Counted from the first letter of the stretch, positions 27,877-37,831 are shown. The stretch is 64,000 bases of DNA from Candidatus Kaiserbacteria bacterium (GCA_963813065.1 CAWEXP010000009.1:1931-65930); one strand, 5' to 3'. Translations and numbers: made by a program. The notes: generated by a model from the sequence alone, not told the origin.

Positions 27877-29069
27877 GCGCAATGAACTCGAGCGTTCGCC
27901 GTCTCCTCCTCTCGAATTCTTTTGAGATTATCGCTGGGCCCATCGGCAGTATCGGCAATCTCTTTCTCACTGCCTTCGTGTGGCGCGCGAGCGACTCCTT
28001 ACTCGCTGTTGCGTTATACTCGATCGGCAGTTTTGTGTGTCTGCCTATCGCGTTCTGGATTGATGGTCATCTTTTGAGGGTCTGGAACATCCGTCACATC
28101 TTCTGGCTCGGGGCGGCCTGTGCGGGTTTTGCCATGGCCGGAGTTATCTTTCTGGTGCTCAGTCCGGTCTGGTTCTTTGTATACGGCTGTCTCTACGGAC
28201 TCGGCTGGGGTATGTACTGGTCGAATCGTAATTATCTTGAGCTCCAAGAAACGGACGATGGCATACGCAACTACTACTTCGGCATTCTCTATACGCTCCA
28301 ACAACTAGCAGGAGTCGTGACTCCGTTTCTTGCCGGATGGTTTATCGTTCTTTCCGTGCAGTTCGGTCTGCTCTCATCCATTCATGCGTACTGGATACTC
28401 TTCCTCTTGGCGTTTGTGCTCATGCTGGCATCCGCTTTTGTCATCGCTGGCGGTGATTTTAAAACGGTCCCGCCCGCCCCAATTACCCGATTCACTCGCG
28501 GGAGTTGGTTCAACGAGCGGCGTCTCCTCAACATGGGAGGCGGTGCCGTCGACGGCGTCGGATTTCTCTCGGCGCTCATCATCTTGGTATTTCTTGGCAA
28601 CGAGGGCACGCTCGGCACTATTGTCGCCGTGGTCTCGATCGCAACCGCTTGCTCAATGTATGCATACGGAAGATTCGGCAATGGGCGCCATCGCTACGCG
28701 ACCATGATGGTGTGTGCCGCCATTTTCCTCGCCTGTGCGCTGACACTCGCGTTCGGCCCGCGCCCGCTCGGCGCCATTCTCTACACGCTCGTTGCCAGCA
28801 CAGCGACCAATTTTTATTTCCTCGTCTCGGCGCCGATCCTCCTGAATCTCTGCGATCGGGAAATGGCAGGGGATGCTCGCCAGCGCTACTCCCTCATTCT
28901 CGATAGCGAAGCATTCTTGAATTTTGGAAGAATTGTGTCGGTGCTGGTGGTGATAGGACTCGCCATTCTGGTGTCACCCACTGCAGGACTTATTGGTGGG
29001 GCCGTCTTCGGCGGAACGGCACTGCTTCTTGCGGTTGTGTGGGTGTCTGTGCGACGGCGAAGTGTATGA
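27873..29069 (+). CDS. MFS transporter
   Basis: 12 predicted TM segments; ATG at 27873 overlapping the GNAT stop. Confidence 0.65.
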   Translation: MSAMNSSVRRLLLSNSFEIIAGPIGSIGNLFLTAFVWRASDSLLAVALYSIGSFVCLPIAFWIDGHLLRVWNIRHIFWLGAACAGFAMAGVIFLVLSPVWFFVYGCLYGLGWGMYWSNRNYLELQETDDGIRNYYFGILYTLQQLAGVVTPFLAGWFIVLSVQFGLLSSIHAYWILFLLAFVLMLASAFVIAGGDFKTVPPAPITRFTRGSWFNERRLLNMGGGAVDGVGFLSALIILVFLGNEGTLGTIVAVVSIATACSMYAYGRFGNGRHRYATMMVCAAIFLACALTLAFGPRPLGAILYTLVASTATNFYFLVSAPILLNLCDREMAGDARQRYSLILDSEAFLNFGRIVSVLVVIGLAILVSPTAGLIGGAVFGGTALLLAVVWVSVRRRSV

Positions 29070-29419
29070 ATGCAACCGAACTCGAAAAAATAAAAAGTTT
29101 GTATGCGCAGACCGAGTACTGGCACGGTACGGGCCGCTACTGCTACGCCGAGGATGGTAGCGTCGTCGATATTTTGAAAGGCATTATCAAAGATGGTGGA
29201 CTTGTCCCGCACGAGGACGATTGGGATAGAAAAAGAGGGAAGATTCAATCTATATCAATGGCTCCAGCTCGCATGTATGCACGCCTCTACGCCTGCATGT
29301 ATATGCCAAATGGTGAGCGAATCGAAAATGAGTTCGGCTCACGTAATCTATGGGGCTACTACTTCTTCGGCACCGCAAAGGCTGTCGCGCTCATCGAGTA
29401 CCGGGAGCGCGAGGAGTAG
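29066..29419 (+). CDS. hypothetical protein
   Basis: ORF MNATELEKIKSLYAQTEYWHGTGRY... It overlaps an alternative minus-strand ORF, so coding strand is uncertain. Confidence 0.25.
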   Translation: MNATELEKIKSLYAQTEYWHGTGRYCYAEDGSVVDILKGIIKDGGLVPHEDDWDRKRGKIQSISMAPARMYARLYACMYMPNGERIENEFGSRNLWGYYFFGTAKAVALIEYREREE

Positions 29420-29660
29420 GGTGATGTCAAAGGTGGAGGTGAGGAGTCCGGCACTCGCGAAGGTGCCGGTGAGGCTCATGATGAGCACGGGTATCAGCGC
29501 TTCGCCGAAACCCCATCCCACCCAGCGGATGGTACGCATCCAGGCAATAAGACGTACCCCAGAAGGTAAAGAACGATCGCGACGCATGGTGAACAGTATA
29601 CCTTGCACCGCCATGCATTTCGGAGTAGGGTTTTGCAGGACGTAATCAAAGGAGCGCCTC

Positions 29661-30137
29661 ATGAGTCAAGAAGGGCCGATAGTAACTTTATATCTGGTCA
29701 ATCCCGTACCGATCAATCCGACGGTTACGAGCCAATCGGGCGACCGCATCGAACATCCGCTCTCATCGCTCGGCACGGCCGCAATGGATGACATTGCGCG
29801 ACGCATGCGTTTCGACGAGATCAAACCAGGATCAGTGACGCACGCGCCCAGCGTCGCCGCCACGCAAGCCGCTGTGCTTCTCTCTGCCGCGTTTGCAGTT
29901 CCCGCAGAAGAAACGGACGAGTTGTCGCCGCAGAAGGCGAACGAGACCGCCGATATTTTTTCTGCTCGGGTGCGAGGATTTCTCACGCAGTTTGTCGAAG
30001 AGCATCCGAGTGGCGAATTTGTACTTGTGGTCACGCGCGAGGTAATCGCGAAACTACATTCGATGTGGTATCCCGCATGCGCAAAGTTAATCCCGCTCTG
30101 GTTCGACAATGAACACGTGTTCGCGCTCTATGGATAA
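29661..30137 (+). CDS. hypothetical protein
   Basis: 158-aa ORF followed by a bidirectional terminator at 30145-30180. Confidence 0.3.
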   Translation: MSQEGPIVTLYLVNPVPINPTVTSQSGDRIEHPLSSLGTAAMDDIARRMRFDEIKPGSVTHAPSVAATQAAVLLSAAFAVPAEETDELSPQKANETADIFSARVRGFLTQFVEEHPSGEFVLVVTREVIAKLHSMWYPACAKLIPLWFDNEHVFALYG

Positions 30138-30195
30138 CATAAAAAAGCCCCGCCGCGGTTACGCGGCGGGATTTCTTTTTCCTCGCTCGAATTTT

Positions 30196-30543
30196 TTACG
30201 CGACCTTCTTTGCGATGCGCGTGAAGATCTCGGGATGCTCAGTGGCAAATTGCGCGAGCACCTTGCGGTCGAGGGCGAAACCGTTTTTCTTCAACTTCGC
30301 GATGAAGGTGGAGTACGACTGGTGGCCCTCAGCGCGTACCGCCGCGTTGAGACGGACAATCCAGAGCTGGCGGAAGTCGGTCTTCTTATTCTTGCGATGG
30401 TCAAACGCGTAGTGGCCAGCGTGGAGGAGTGCCTCGTGCGCGTAGCGCTCCTTCTTGGAGCGGAGACCGCGATAGCCCTTCGCTCGCGCGAGCGTATTTT
30501 TGCGGCGCTTCTGCGCCATCAGCCCTCCTTTAACTCGTGCCAT
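30196..30543 (-). CDS. rplT: 50S ribosomal protein L20
   Basis: MARVKGGLMAQKRRKNTLARAKGYRG... Confidence 0.9.
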   Translation of the reverse strand: MARVKGGLMAQKRRKNTLARAKGYRGLRSKKERYAHEALLHAGHYAFDHRKNKKTDFRQLWIVRLNAAVRAEGHQSYSTFIAKLKKNGFALDRKVLAQFATEHPEIFTRIAKKVA

Positions 30544-30566
30544 ATCAGATTAATTACAAAAATAAA

Positions 30567-30758
30567 TTACGCACCGGTGCCGGGGAGGAAGCGATTCCTG
30601 TTGCGTGCGGTCATGTGGAGCGTGACCGAGCGGCGCTTCTGGCTCCTCTTCGAGCCGCTCTGCTTCGCGTTGAAGTGGAGCTGGCCCGGCTTGCGCACCA
30701 TCAGCTTCCCATTGCGGGTAACGCGGATTCTCTTGGAATACGATTTGTTGGTTTTCAT
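30567..30758 (-). CDS. rpmI: 50S ribosomal protein L35
   Basis: MKTNKSYSKRIRVTRNGKLMVRKPGQLHFNAKQSGSKRSQKRR... Confidence 0.85.
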   Translation of the reverse strand: MKTNKSYSKRIRVTRNGKLMVRKPGQLHFNAKQSGSKRSQKRRSVTLHMTARNRNRFLPGTGA

Positions 30759-31357
30759 TTTGTTGGTTCGATTTTTTGCGGTGTCTCGCCTTTGGCGGAC
30801 TCCTTTTCGCGGCGGGCTTGGGTGACGGCATCGCGCTCAATGACACCCGCGTAGCCCTTGGGGCTCTTGGCGACCGGCTCCGCCATCTTATAGGCGTAGG
30901 GGATACGGAGCAAGAACTTCTCGAGGCGTCCCTTGAGGAACTCCTCGCTCATGCCCTTGTAGCGCCCCTTCAGGAAGAGTTCGGCGCGAACGCGATGCCC
31001 CTCGGCGAGCCATTCGGCCGCTTTCTTGGCCTTCAACGCCATGTCGTTGTCGCCGGTGCCGACCTTGATCTGCACCTCCTTGGTCTCGGAGATCTTGACC
31101 TTGGACTTGGCGACTTTCTCCTTCTTACTCCGCTCGTACTCGAATTTACCATAATCCGTGATCTTCGCAACCGGCGGGACGGCCGAGGGCGAGATCTCGA
31201 TAAGGTCGAGGCCGGCCGCCTTGGCCGCCGCGAGCGCCTCGGCGACCGAGAGCACACCCAGGTTCTCGCCAGCCGCACCAATCACGCGCAGTTCCTGCGC
31301 GCGAATCTCGTTATTAATGCGAAGCCGTTCGGTACTCAAGCTCCGGTAATGTAGCAC
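30755..31357 (-). CDS. infC: translation initiation factor IF-3 (non-ATG start likely)
   Basis: ...RINNEIRAQELRVIGAAGENLGVLSVAEALAAAKAAGLDLIEISP...KITDYGKFEYE...; start codon uncertain (GTG at 31357 or upstream). Confidence 0.8.
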   Translation of the reverse strand: MLHYRSLSTERLRINNEIRAQELRVIGAAGENLGVLSVAEALAAAKAAGLDLIEISPSAVPPVAKITDYGKFEYERSKKEKVAKSKVKISETKEVQIKVGTGDNDMALKAKKAAEWLAEGHRVRAELFLKGRYKGMSEEFLKGRLEKFLLRIPYAYKMAEPVAKSPKGYAGVIERDAVTQARREKESAKGETPQKIEPTK

Positions 31358-31412
31358 GAATCTGCGGTGTATGCTAGGTTTCCGGCAGGAAACCCGCACC
31401 TTGGAGAAACGA

Positions 31413-32186
31413 ATGGACGCGCATCCATATATCGGCCTTACCGGCTCCACGACCGACGACCACGTCTTCGCGGCGCTCGACGCCTTTCCGCCGAATCACC
31501 CGACACACTTGCTCATGCTCGGCTTCTTGCTGAGCAACAAGTCGGTGCGGGGCATACCGCTCAACCATCCTTGGGATAAGCGCACGCCCAAGCTCGACGA
31601 GCTCGGCGATTTACTCCGCCATGACACGCGTGTCATCAACATGGTGCACTATGCCCGCGGGAACGCGAGCGACGAAGAAGCATTCGCTGATTTGAAGTTG
31701 ATTATGCAGGAATGCGGACTCTGTCTCGACGGATTCCAGCTCAATGGGCCTCTTCCGAGCCCGTCACTGCTCCGTCGTTGTCGCGATTCATTTCCGCGTG
31801 CACCGCGCTTCGTCTTGCAGATCAATCGTAAGACACTCGACGACGCGGGCGGCACCATCGAAGCGGTGCTGGAAGAGCTCGAAGTGTACGAAGGCCTCGC
31901 GCACTATGTCCTCTTCGATATGAGCGGTGGGTTGGGGAGACTGCTCGACGTTGATCAGACGCTCAAGTTCCTTTCAGCATATCGCCAGAGTGGCCTCACC
32001 ATGCGTCCGGTCGTCGCCGGCGGCATCGGGCCTAAAACGCTTGATCTCCTTGTGCCGATTATCGCCGCATTCCCCGGCGTCTCGACCGACATGGAAGGTG
32101 CGTGCATGGGTAAGAACGGCGCGCTCTCGACGCGCAGGACCCGCACGGCCGTTGGTGACCTGAGCACGCTCTTCGCAAAAAAATAA
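31413..32186 (+). CDS. TIM-barrel protein, distant phosphoribosylanthranilate isomerase (TrpF)-like
   Basis: The C-terminal ...PVVAGGIGPKTLDLLVPIIAAFPGVSTDMEGAC... resembles the TrpF C-terminus. Weak call. Confidence 0.3.
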   Translation: MDAHPYIGLTGSTTDDHVFAALDAFPPNHPTHLLMLGFLLSNKSVRGIPLNHPWDKRTPKLDELGDLLRHDTRVINMVHYARGNASDEEAFADLKLIMQECGLCLDGFQLNGPLPSPSLLRRCRDSFPRAPRFVLQINRKTLDDAGGTIEAVLEELEVYEGLAHYVLFDMSGGLGRLLDVDQTLKFLSAYRQSGLTMRPVVAGGIGPKTLDLLVPIIAAFPGVSTDMEGACMGKNGALSTRRTRTAVGDLSTLFAKK

Positions 32187-32234
32187 ACCACACGCCCCCC
32201 ACTCGGGGGCGTTTTTATTAGGTATACTGGGGGC

Positions 32235-32726
32235 ATGCCTGAGCCGATGGAAATCGAGCGCAAGTATCTCGTACGCCCGCCCATTCCGCTCCAGAAGTTA
32301 GGAACTCATCGAGTGATTGATATCGAACAATTTTATCTCGCCTCGAACAAGCCGGAAGGGAAGCTCCGCTATCGCAAGTGCGTGGAGCGGGGCGGCGCCA
32401 CTTTTTTCAGTACGCTCAAACGGCCGGGACCGAATGCGCGAACACGCTTCGAGAGTGAGTCGCCCATCACCGCGGAAGAATACGCGCTCGGTACGCAGAC
32501 CATGGTTCCCGGTTCGCATCGGGTGCACAAACAGCGAATCGTTTTCACCTATGACGGCCAAGAATTTGAGCTCGACCAGTTCACCGAGCCGGCGCTCGAC
32601 TACCAGATACTCGAAATCGAACTCGACTCTGCAGACGAGGAGGTGCGGCTCCCGCCATTTCTCACCATTGTGCGCGAAGTGACGAGCGAAAAAGAATTTA
32701 GCAATTACAAACTTGCATTCCGCTAG
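32235..32726 (+). CDS. CYTH-domain protein (triphosphate tunnel metalloenzyme)
   Basis: N-terminal EIERKYLV motif (ExExK). Confidence 0.65.
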   Translation: MPEPMEIERKYLVRPPIPLQKLGTHRVIDIEQFYLASNKPEGKLRYRKCVERGGATFFSTLKRPGPNARTRFESESPITAEEYALGTQTMVPGSHRVHKQRIVFTYDGQEFELDQFTEPALDYQILEIELDSADEEVRLPPFLTIVREVTSEKEFSNYKLAFR

Positions 32727-33637
32727 TGCAGTTGGCTTGGCTCGGTCAATTTTATTTCCGCATTTCCCTGATAGGAAGAAATCATGCCAGTGACGGTGAT
32801 CGTTTTCCCGGCAAAGCGCGAGAGGTCGCCGAAACTTTTCACATTGTCGGCGAAGATGACGCCGGAGAAGGGGCACGTCTTATAACTTTTGCAGAAATCG
32901 AGAAAGACGGTGCCCGAGGAGCTCGTGTAGGCGTCGATGAGGACCCCGCGCACGGCGGCGTACTCGCCGACATGCGCGCTCGCCTGGGTGTAGTCGTAGG
33001 TGCCTTGTAAAACATTCGCGGCGGCGCCCTGCGCCGCCGCGGTAGTGCCTTTGTATGCAGAGAATAATTTTTGCAATATGCCCTCGTAGGTTGCGACCAT
33101 TGCGGGGTCAGTCCCGATCTCGAGGAGCTCATCATTCTCGGTCGTCGCCGAGCCAGTCCAGTTGTAGCTCCCGATCGCGTAGGCCGAGTCGGTGACAATC
33201 GCTTTAATATGCATGATGCCATTGGCGTCGGCGTGCTTCTCCGTTTCTACCGGGATACCGGCCGCAAGGAGTTCTTTCATAATCGGTTGGTCGTAGCTGT
33301 TGGCGCTTTCTCCGGCATCGACGAGTCCGCGCACCTCGACGCCGCGCGCTTTTGCCGTCACGAGTGCATCAGCGATATCTTTGAGCGTGAATTCGTAGAT
33401 CGCGAAATAAATGTGCGTCTTCGCTCCCGTGATGAGCGCGATGATTTCTTTATCATTCTGTTTTTGATCCAAACTATAGAGCACGCGCGTCGTGCCCGCG
33501 GCGGGCGCGGCGACATTTGCAGGAGGAATATTCGGCGCGGCGGGAGCCACACTGCTCTTGCCGAGTATGAATCCGGCGCTTCCCGCCGCCACTGCGAGCA
33601 CCAGCGCGGCCATTCCCCGTTTGAGTTGCGAGCTCAT
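32723..33637 (-). CDS. PLD-family (HKD) nuclease-like protein with N-terminal signal/anchor
   Basis: Signal/TM MAALVLAVAAGSAGFILG. The single HKD motif HIKAIVTDSAYAIGSYNWT is Nuc-like. A C-terminal extra domain is present. Confidence 0.65.
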   Translation of the reverse strand: MSSQLKRGMAALVLAVAAGSAGFILGKSSVAPAAPNIPPANVAAPAAGTTRVLYSLDQKQNDKEIIALITGAKTHIYFAIYEFTLKDIADALVTAKARGVEVRGLVDAGESANSYDQPIMKELLAAGIPVETEKHADANGIMHIKAIVTDSAYAIGSYNWTGSATTENDELLEIGTDPAMVATYEGILQKLFSAYKGTTAAAQGAAANVLQGTYDYTQASAHVGEYAAVRGVLIDAYTSSSGTVFLDFCKSYKTCPFSGVIFADNVKSFGDLSRFAGKTITVTGMISSYQGNAEIKLTEPSQLH

Positions 33638-33728
33638 TACTAAATAGTATACGGCATAAAATTAAAATAATTGACGACGAACTGCTTCGACGGTAGTCTG
33701 CCCGCAGATAGCCAGCGAGGAGAAACGC

Positions 33729-34139
33729 ATGGACCGAAAGATAACTGAAGTTTGTGAACAGTTGTTTCAACGGGCACTGAAAGAAGGCGTGTGGACCGCG
33801 AACGCCGATAACAGCGATAACGGTAATGGTCCGTATATTGGTGGTTGGCAGAAATATTTCACGTATGCCACACTCCAACAAAACGAGATCACCATCAAGG
33901 CAACGCGCACCAACTGGAGAACCTTCAATCTGAGCATCGACCGCGAAGGAACCAACTACCATATTGAAGTGTTCCAAGGTACGGAATGTATCTTCGCCGC
34001 TAAGCGCAAAGGATTCATGCGCACAAAAAGCTTTACCGGCTCCTCTGAACGCTTCGCGAGCCGGAGCGTCATACCCGAGACGGCTTGGCAGGTGACTGAG
34101 GGAACGCTTCCCGAACCACTACTCGTCGCATCCGTTTGA
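33729..34139 (+). CDS. hypothetical protein, tandem paralog A
   Basis: 136 aa, ~60% identical to the next gene. It has its own promoter-like region and a terminator (34150-34180). Confidence 0.5.
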   Translation: MDRKITEVCEQLFQRALKEGVWTANADNSDNGNGPYIGGWQKYFTYATLQQNEITIKATRTNWRTFNLSIDREGTNYHIEVFQGTECIFAAKRKGFMRTKSFTGSSERFASRSVIPETAWQVTEGTLPEPLLVASV

Positions 34140-34250
34140 TTCGACCCAACCCCGCCAATGGCGGGGTTTTCTTTGCCAGTGTGAAATACATTTGACAATG
34201 AACTGCCCGAAGCGTAGCCTGCGCACAGGTAACCAATCTGGGAGAAACTG

Positions 34251-34664
34251 ATGGACAACAAGATCGTTGACGCCTGTGAGCAACTGTATCAGCGAGCAAT
34301 GAAAGAAGGAGTGCGGACCACAAGCTCTGATGGCGACCGTGAAAGCGACGGTTCGTATGTGAGGGGTTGGCAGAAATATTTTACGTATGCCACGCTCCAG
34401 CAGGACGACAACGTCATCAAGGCCACACACGCCGATTGGAAGACATTTAACCTAAATTCTGATCGTGAAGGAACTAGCTTCCGTATCGAAGTTTCCAAGG
34501 GTACGGAAGTTGTCTTCGCTGCCGAGCGTGAAGGATTCTTACGGACAAACAATTTCTCAGGTTCCGACGAGCGGTTTGCGGGTCGAAGTGTAACGCCCGA
34601 GACGGCTTGGAAAGTAGTGCAAGGAACATTTCCTGAGCAATTGCTTATTGCGCCACCAGCCTGA
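34251..34664 (+). CDS. hypothetical protein, tandem paralog B
   Basis: 137 aa. The upstream 60 nt are conserved with paralog A. Terminator 34670-34700. Confidence 0.5.
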   Translation: MDNKIVDACEQLYQRAMKEGVRTTSSDGDRESDGSYVRGWQKYFTYATLQQDDNVIKATHADWKTFNLNSDREGTSFRIEVSKGTEVVFAAEREGFLRTNNFSGSDERFAGRSVTPETAWKVVQGTFPEQLLIAPPA

Positions 34665-34718
34665 TTCATTACGTCACCCCGCTCACAAAGCGGGGTTTTT
34701 GTTTGCTATGCTAGTGGC

Positions 34719-35441
34719 ATGGCACTCGTATTCGATATTGAAACGGTAGGGGAAGAATGGGATGCGCTCGACGAGCCCACGCAAGGCGCGCTCACGCGGT
34801 GGATTAAACGCGAAAGCAAGACGGAGGAGGAATATACAGTCGCGCTCGCCGACATGCAACTCGGGCTCGGCCTCTCGCCCTTGACCGGGAGCATCGTCGC
34901 GATTGGCGTCTACGACACGGAGAAGAAAAAGGGCGCCGTGTACTTTTCTGCGCCCGACAAGAAAATAAAAGAGAGCGAGATTGAATATCCCGAGCAGGGC
35001 AGGGCAGTCATCAAATATAAAGCGATGGAAGAAAAGGAGATGCTCGAAAACTTTTGGCAGGGTGCGAAAGGCTACGAAGAATTCGTCACCTACAATGGTC
35101 GCGGTTTCGATGCGCCCTTCCTCGCCATCCGCTCGATTGCGCATCACGTGAAGCCGACGCGCGATCTCCTCGCCGGTCGCTACCTCTACCAGCAGAGAGG
35201 CTGTCTGCACATCGACCTCCAGGACCAGCTCACCTTCTACGGCGCGTGGAATAAAAAGCCCTCGCTCCACCTCTTCTGCCGCGCCTTCGGCATACCGAGC
35301 CCCAAGGCCTCGGGCACCACGGGCGACGACGTCGCGCTCCTCTACCAGGAGAAAAAATATCTCGAGATTGCGACCTATAACGCCGGTGACCTTTTCGCCA
35401 CCGCGGCGCTTTACGAGCGATGGAAGGAGAGTGTACGGTAG
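34719..35441 (+). CDS. predicted 3'-5' exonuclease of the PolB-exonuclease-like (RNase H-fold) family
   Basis: Exo I motif FDIET. ...YNGRGFDAPFL... and ...YNAGDLFATAALYERW... match Exo II/III. Confidence 0.6.
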   Translation: MALVFDIETVGEEWDALDEPTQGALTRWIKRESKTEEEYTVALADMQLGLGLSPLTGSIVAIGVYDTEKKKGAVYFSAPDKKIKESEIEYPEQGRAVIKYKAMEEKEMLENFWQGAKGYEEFVTYNGRGFDAPFLAIRSIAHHVKPTRDLLAGRYLYQQRGCLHIDLQDQLTFYGAWNKKPSLHLFCRAFGIPSPKASGTTGDDVALLYQEKKYLEIATYNAGDLFATAALYERWKESVR

Positions 35442-35516
35442 TCTCGCCCCGGGGAATCCTTTTTCGGGGGTTATCCCCACCAGCGCAATTTTCTAGAAGC
35501 GGTAGAGTAGTGGGAT

Positions 35517-36050
35517 ATGAAAATACTTGCCATTTCGGGGAGCTTGAGAAAGGACTCGTTTAATAGCGCATTGGTGCGGGCATTGGCGCAATTGGCGCCC
35601 GCGGGCGTGGAGGTTGAGCAGGCAGAGATTGGCAATTTGCCACTCTACAATACCGATCTCGAGGCTGCATTCCCGGCCGAGGCGACGGCGCTGAAGCAGA
35701 AGATAGAATCTGCCGACCGAATCATTTTTGTGACACCGGAGTATAACCGCTCGATTTCTGGAGTGTTGAAGAACGCCATCGACTGGGCGAGCCGCCCGTG
35801 GGGCAAAAATTCTTTTGCCGGCAAGGTGGCACTCATCGCAGGTGTCTCGGTAGGGAAGACGGGCACTGCGCTCGCGCAGGCGCACTTGAAGGACATTTTG
35901 CTCTATCTCGATATGAAAGTGTTGGGGCAACCCGAGCTCTATCTCGGCCCTGCCTCGGCAATCTTCGATGAGCACGGCATGATTAAAGAAGAGTCGACGA
36001 AGGAGTTGCTGAGTAAAGCTATCGCGACGCTGGTCGCTCACGCGGCATAG
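35517..36050 (+). CDS. NAD(P)H-dependent FMN reductase
   Basis: MKILAISGSLRKDSFNSAL...FVTPEYNRSISGVLKNAIDWASRP... Confidence 0.8.
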   Translation: MKILAISGSLRKDSFNSALVRALAQLAPAGVEVEQAEIGNLPLYNTDLEAAFPAEATALKQKIESADRIIFVTPEYNRSISGVLKNAIDWASRPWGKNSFAGKVALIAGVSVGKTGTALAQAHLKDILLYLDMKVLGQPELYLGPASAIFDEHGMIKEESTKELLSKAIATLVAHAA

Positions 36051-36157
36051 TTCCTGCGAACGGTACGCAATTTCTTTGCTAAGAAATTGCTCAGTCCTCA
36101 CGCCGTCGCGTTGCGGAGCCCGTTCTCGGAACTATGCCGTGTTCGCGAGTTACACTG
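36042..36157 (+). ncRNA. copy 1 of a ~115-nt structured repeat (candidate small RNA / 3'-UTR element); overlaps the fre stop codon
   Basis: ~80% identical to 46714-46828. Two hairpins, GCAATTTCTT-TGCT-AAGAAATTGC and ACGC-CGTC-GCGT, are maintained in the other copy by compensatory substitutions. Confidence 0.5.
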
Positions 36158-36180
36158 CGCGATTATGATAAGGTGTAACT

Positions 36181-36648
36181 ATGAATCGCGAACGGGATCT
36201 GCTCTGGTTTTTTGATCTCGCGCTCGTGTTGAAGATCGTCAACGGCGCGCTCGAGATGCTCGGCGCGTTCTTGATACTCGTCGTGCCGCCCATGTTTATT
36301 GTGCGGATTATCGAGATTGCGACCGCTGGTGAACTGGCGAACGATCCTGATGACTTCGTCGCGACGCACCTGCGCTCTGCGGCACAGACGTTCGCTGTCC
36401 ATACGCATTTCCTCATCGCGATTTATCTCATTCTCCACGGCGCCATCAAGATAGCGCTCGTGCTCGGCATCTTCGCGAAGAAACGCATCGCGTATCCGCT
36501 CTTCATGCTGGCGCTCGGCATCTTTGGCAGTTACGAGGCATATCTGGGGATAACGCGGCATGAGAATTTGCTTGGGGTGCTCGCCGTTTTCGACTGCATG
36601 TTGCTGGTCCTCACGCTCTACGAGTATCGTCGCCGTCTGGTATACTAA
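36181..36648 (+). CDS. DUF2127-like integral membrane protein
   Basis: 4-5 hydrophobic helices. The antisense ORF 36163-36687 is rejected. Confidence 0.45.
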   Translation: MNRERDLLWFFDLALVLKIVNGALEMLGAFLILVVPPMFIVRIIEIATAGELANDPDDFVATHLRSAAQTFAVHTHFLIAIYLILHGAIKIALVLGIFAKKRIAYPLFMLALGIFGSYEAYLGITRHENLLGVLAVFDCMLLVLTLYEYRRRLVY

Positions 36649-36674
36649 ACATATTATCCGTAGCATATGTTGAT

Positions 36675-36953
36675 ATGAGAAACGCATGGTTGTGGGTGCT
36701 CGCGGTGCTGGTTCTGCTCGCGCTCGCCGGAGGGTATTGGTATATGCAGATGAGTCAGGGCGCAGGAGCGAACACCGAGCCAGCTACGGCTGTGTCGACC
36801 ACGACACCTGATCAGAGCGCGGCAACGAACGTGACTCCCGCCGCCGCACTTTCGGCGCGTGACAATTCAGATGCGTCGCTCAACACGGACCTAGGCGACA
36901 TTAACAGCCAGATGACCGGTCTCGCCTCTGACTCGCAGGCGGCCGCGCAATAA
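36675..36953 (+). CDS. small exported/anchored protein
   Basis: N-terminal TM/signal, then a low-complexity Ala/Thr/Ser-rich region. Confidence 0.3.
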   Translation: MRNAWLWVLAVLVLLALAGGYWYMQMSQGAGANTEPATAVSTTTPDQSAATNVTPAAALSARDNSDASLNTDLGDINSQMTGLASDSQAAAQ

Positions 36954-36957
36954 TCCT

Positions 36958-37777
36958 ATGAAGCACTTCAATTCTTCGCTCATCGCGAGCATCGTCGCTG
37001 GGCTCGTACTCGCAACGCCTGTCTTTGCGCAGTCGGTCACGGCGACCGCCTCGGTTACCAGTGGCACGATGATGCCCGTCGGTGTCAGCGCACGCGCCGC
37101 GCGTCTCGCCTCCACCACGGCCGCGCGCGCGGTCCTCGCAGAGAGCGCGCTCGCGAAGGCAATCGCAAATGCGAACCAGCAAATCGAGATGCGTGTTGCG
37201 AGCCTCAATCAGCTCGGCACGCGTATCCAAGCGATGGCGCACCTTACCGCCGACGAGAAAACGTCTATCGCTGGCATTATCTCGGGCGACCTCTCCTCGC
37301 TTGGTGATCTGCAAGCCAAGATCGATAGCGACGCGACTTCGAGCGTGAAGGCCGACATTCAATCGATTACCAAGGGCGAGCGCATCTATATGCTCGTCGA
37401 ACCACAGACCAACATTCTCGCGGCCGCCGATCGCGCCGCGTCGATTGGCGACATGCTGACTGCGCTCGCAGGGAAAATCGAGACGCGTTTGAGCGCGACA
37501 CCGAATGCGACGGCATCCTCGCTTCTCGCCGACCTCCAGGCGAAGGTCGCAGATGCCCAGACACAGGCCTCCGCCGCAATCTCTGAGACCTCGACGCCTC
37601 CAGCCGGACAACGGCAATACGACCATCGCCGCGAGCAACACTTCTGCGTTGAAGGATGCGCGGAGCAAAATTAAAACCGCACAAGCCGACTTACAGGCCG
37701 CCGACAAAGATGCGAGCGGCGTCGTGAAGGCGCTCAAGGGTTCTGCCAGTGCCAGTGCAACCACGACCGTACAATAA
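36958..37777 (+). CDS. secreted Ala/Thr-rich protein, frameshift near 37605
   Basis: Signal peptide MKHFNSSLIASIVAGLVLATPVFA. The C-terminus continues in another frame (…QPDNGNTTIAASNTSALKDARSKIKTAQADLQ…). Confidence 0.4.
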
Positions 37778-37831
37778 TTACCAAACAAAAACACCGCGCG
37801 GCCGGAGGCCGCGCGGTGTTTTTCGTGCTCG

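Noticed and set aside
36163-36687. 174-aa minus-strand ORF overlapping the DUF2127-like gene
   Set aside because: The plus-strand ORF encodes clear transmembrane helices. The minus-strand product is charged and low-complexity with no features, so only one can be real.
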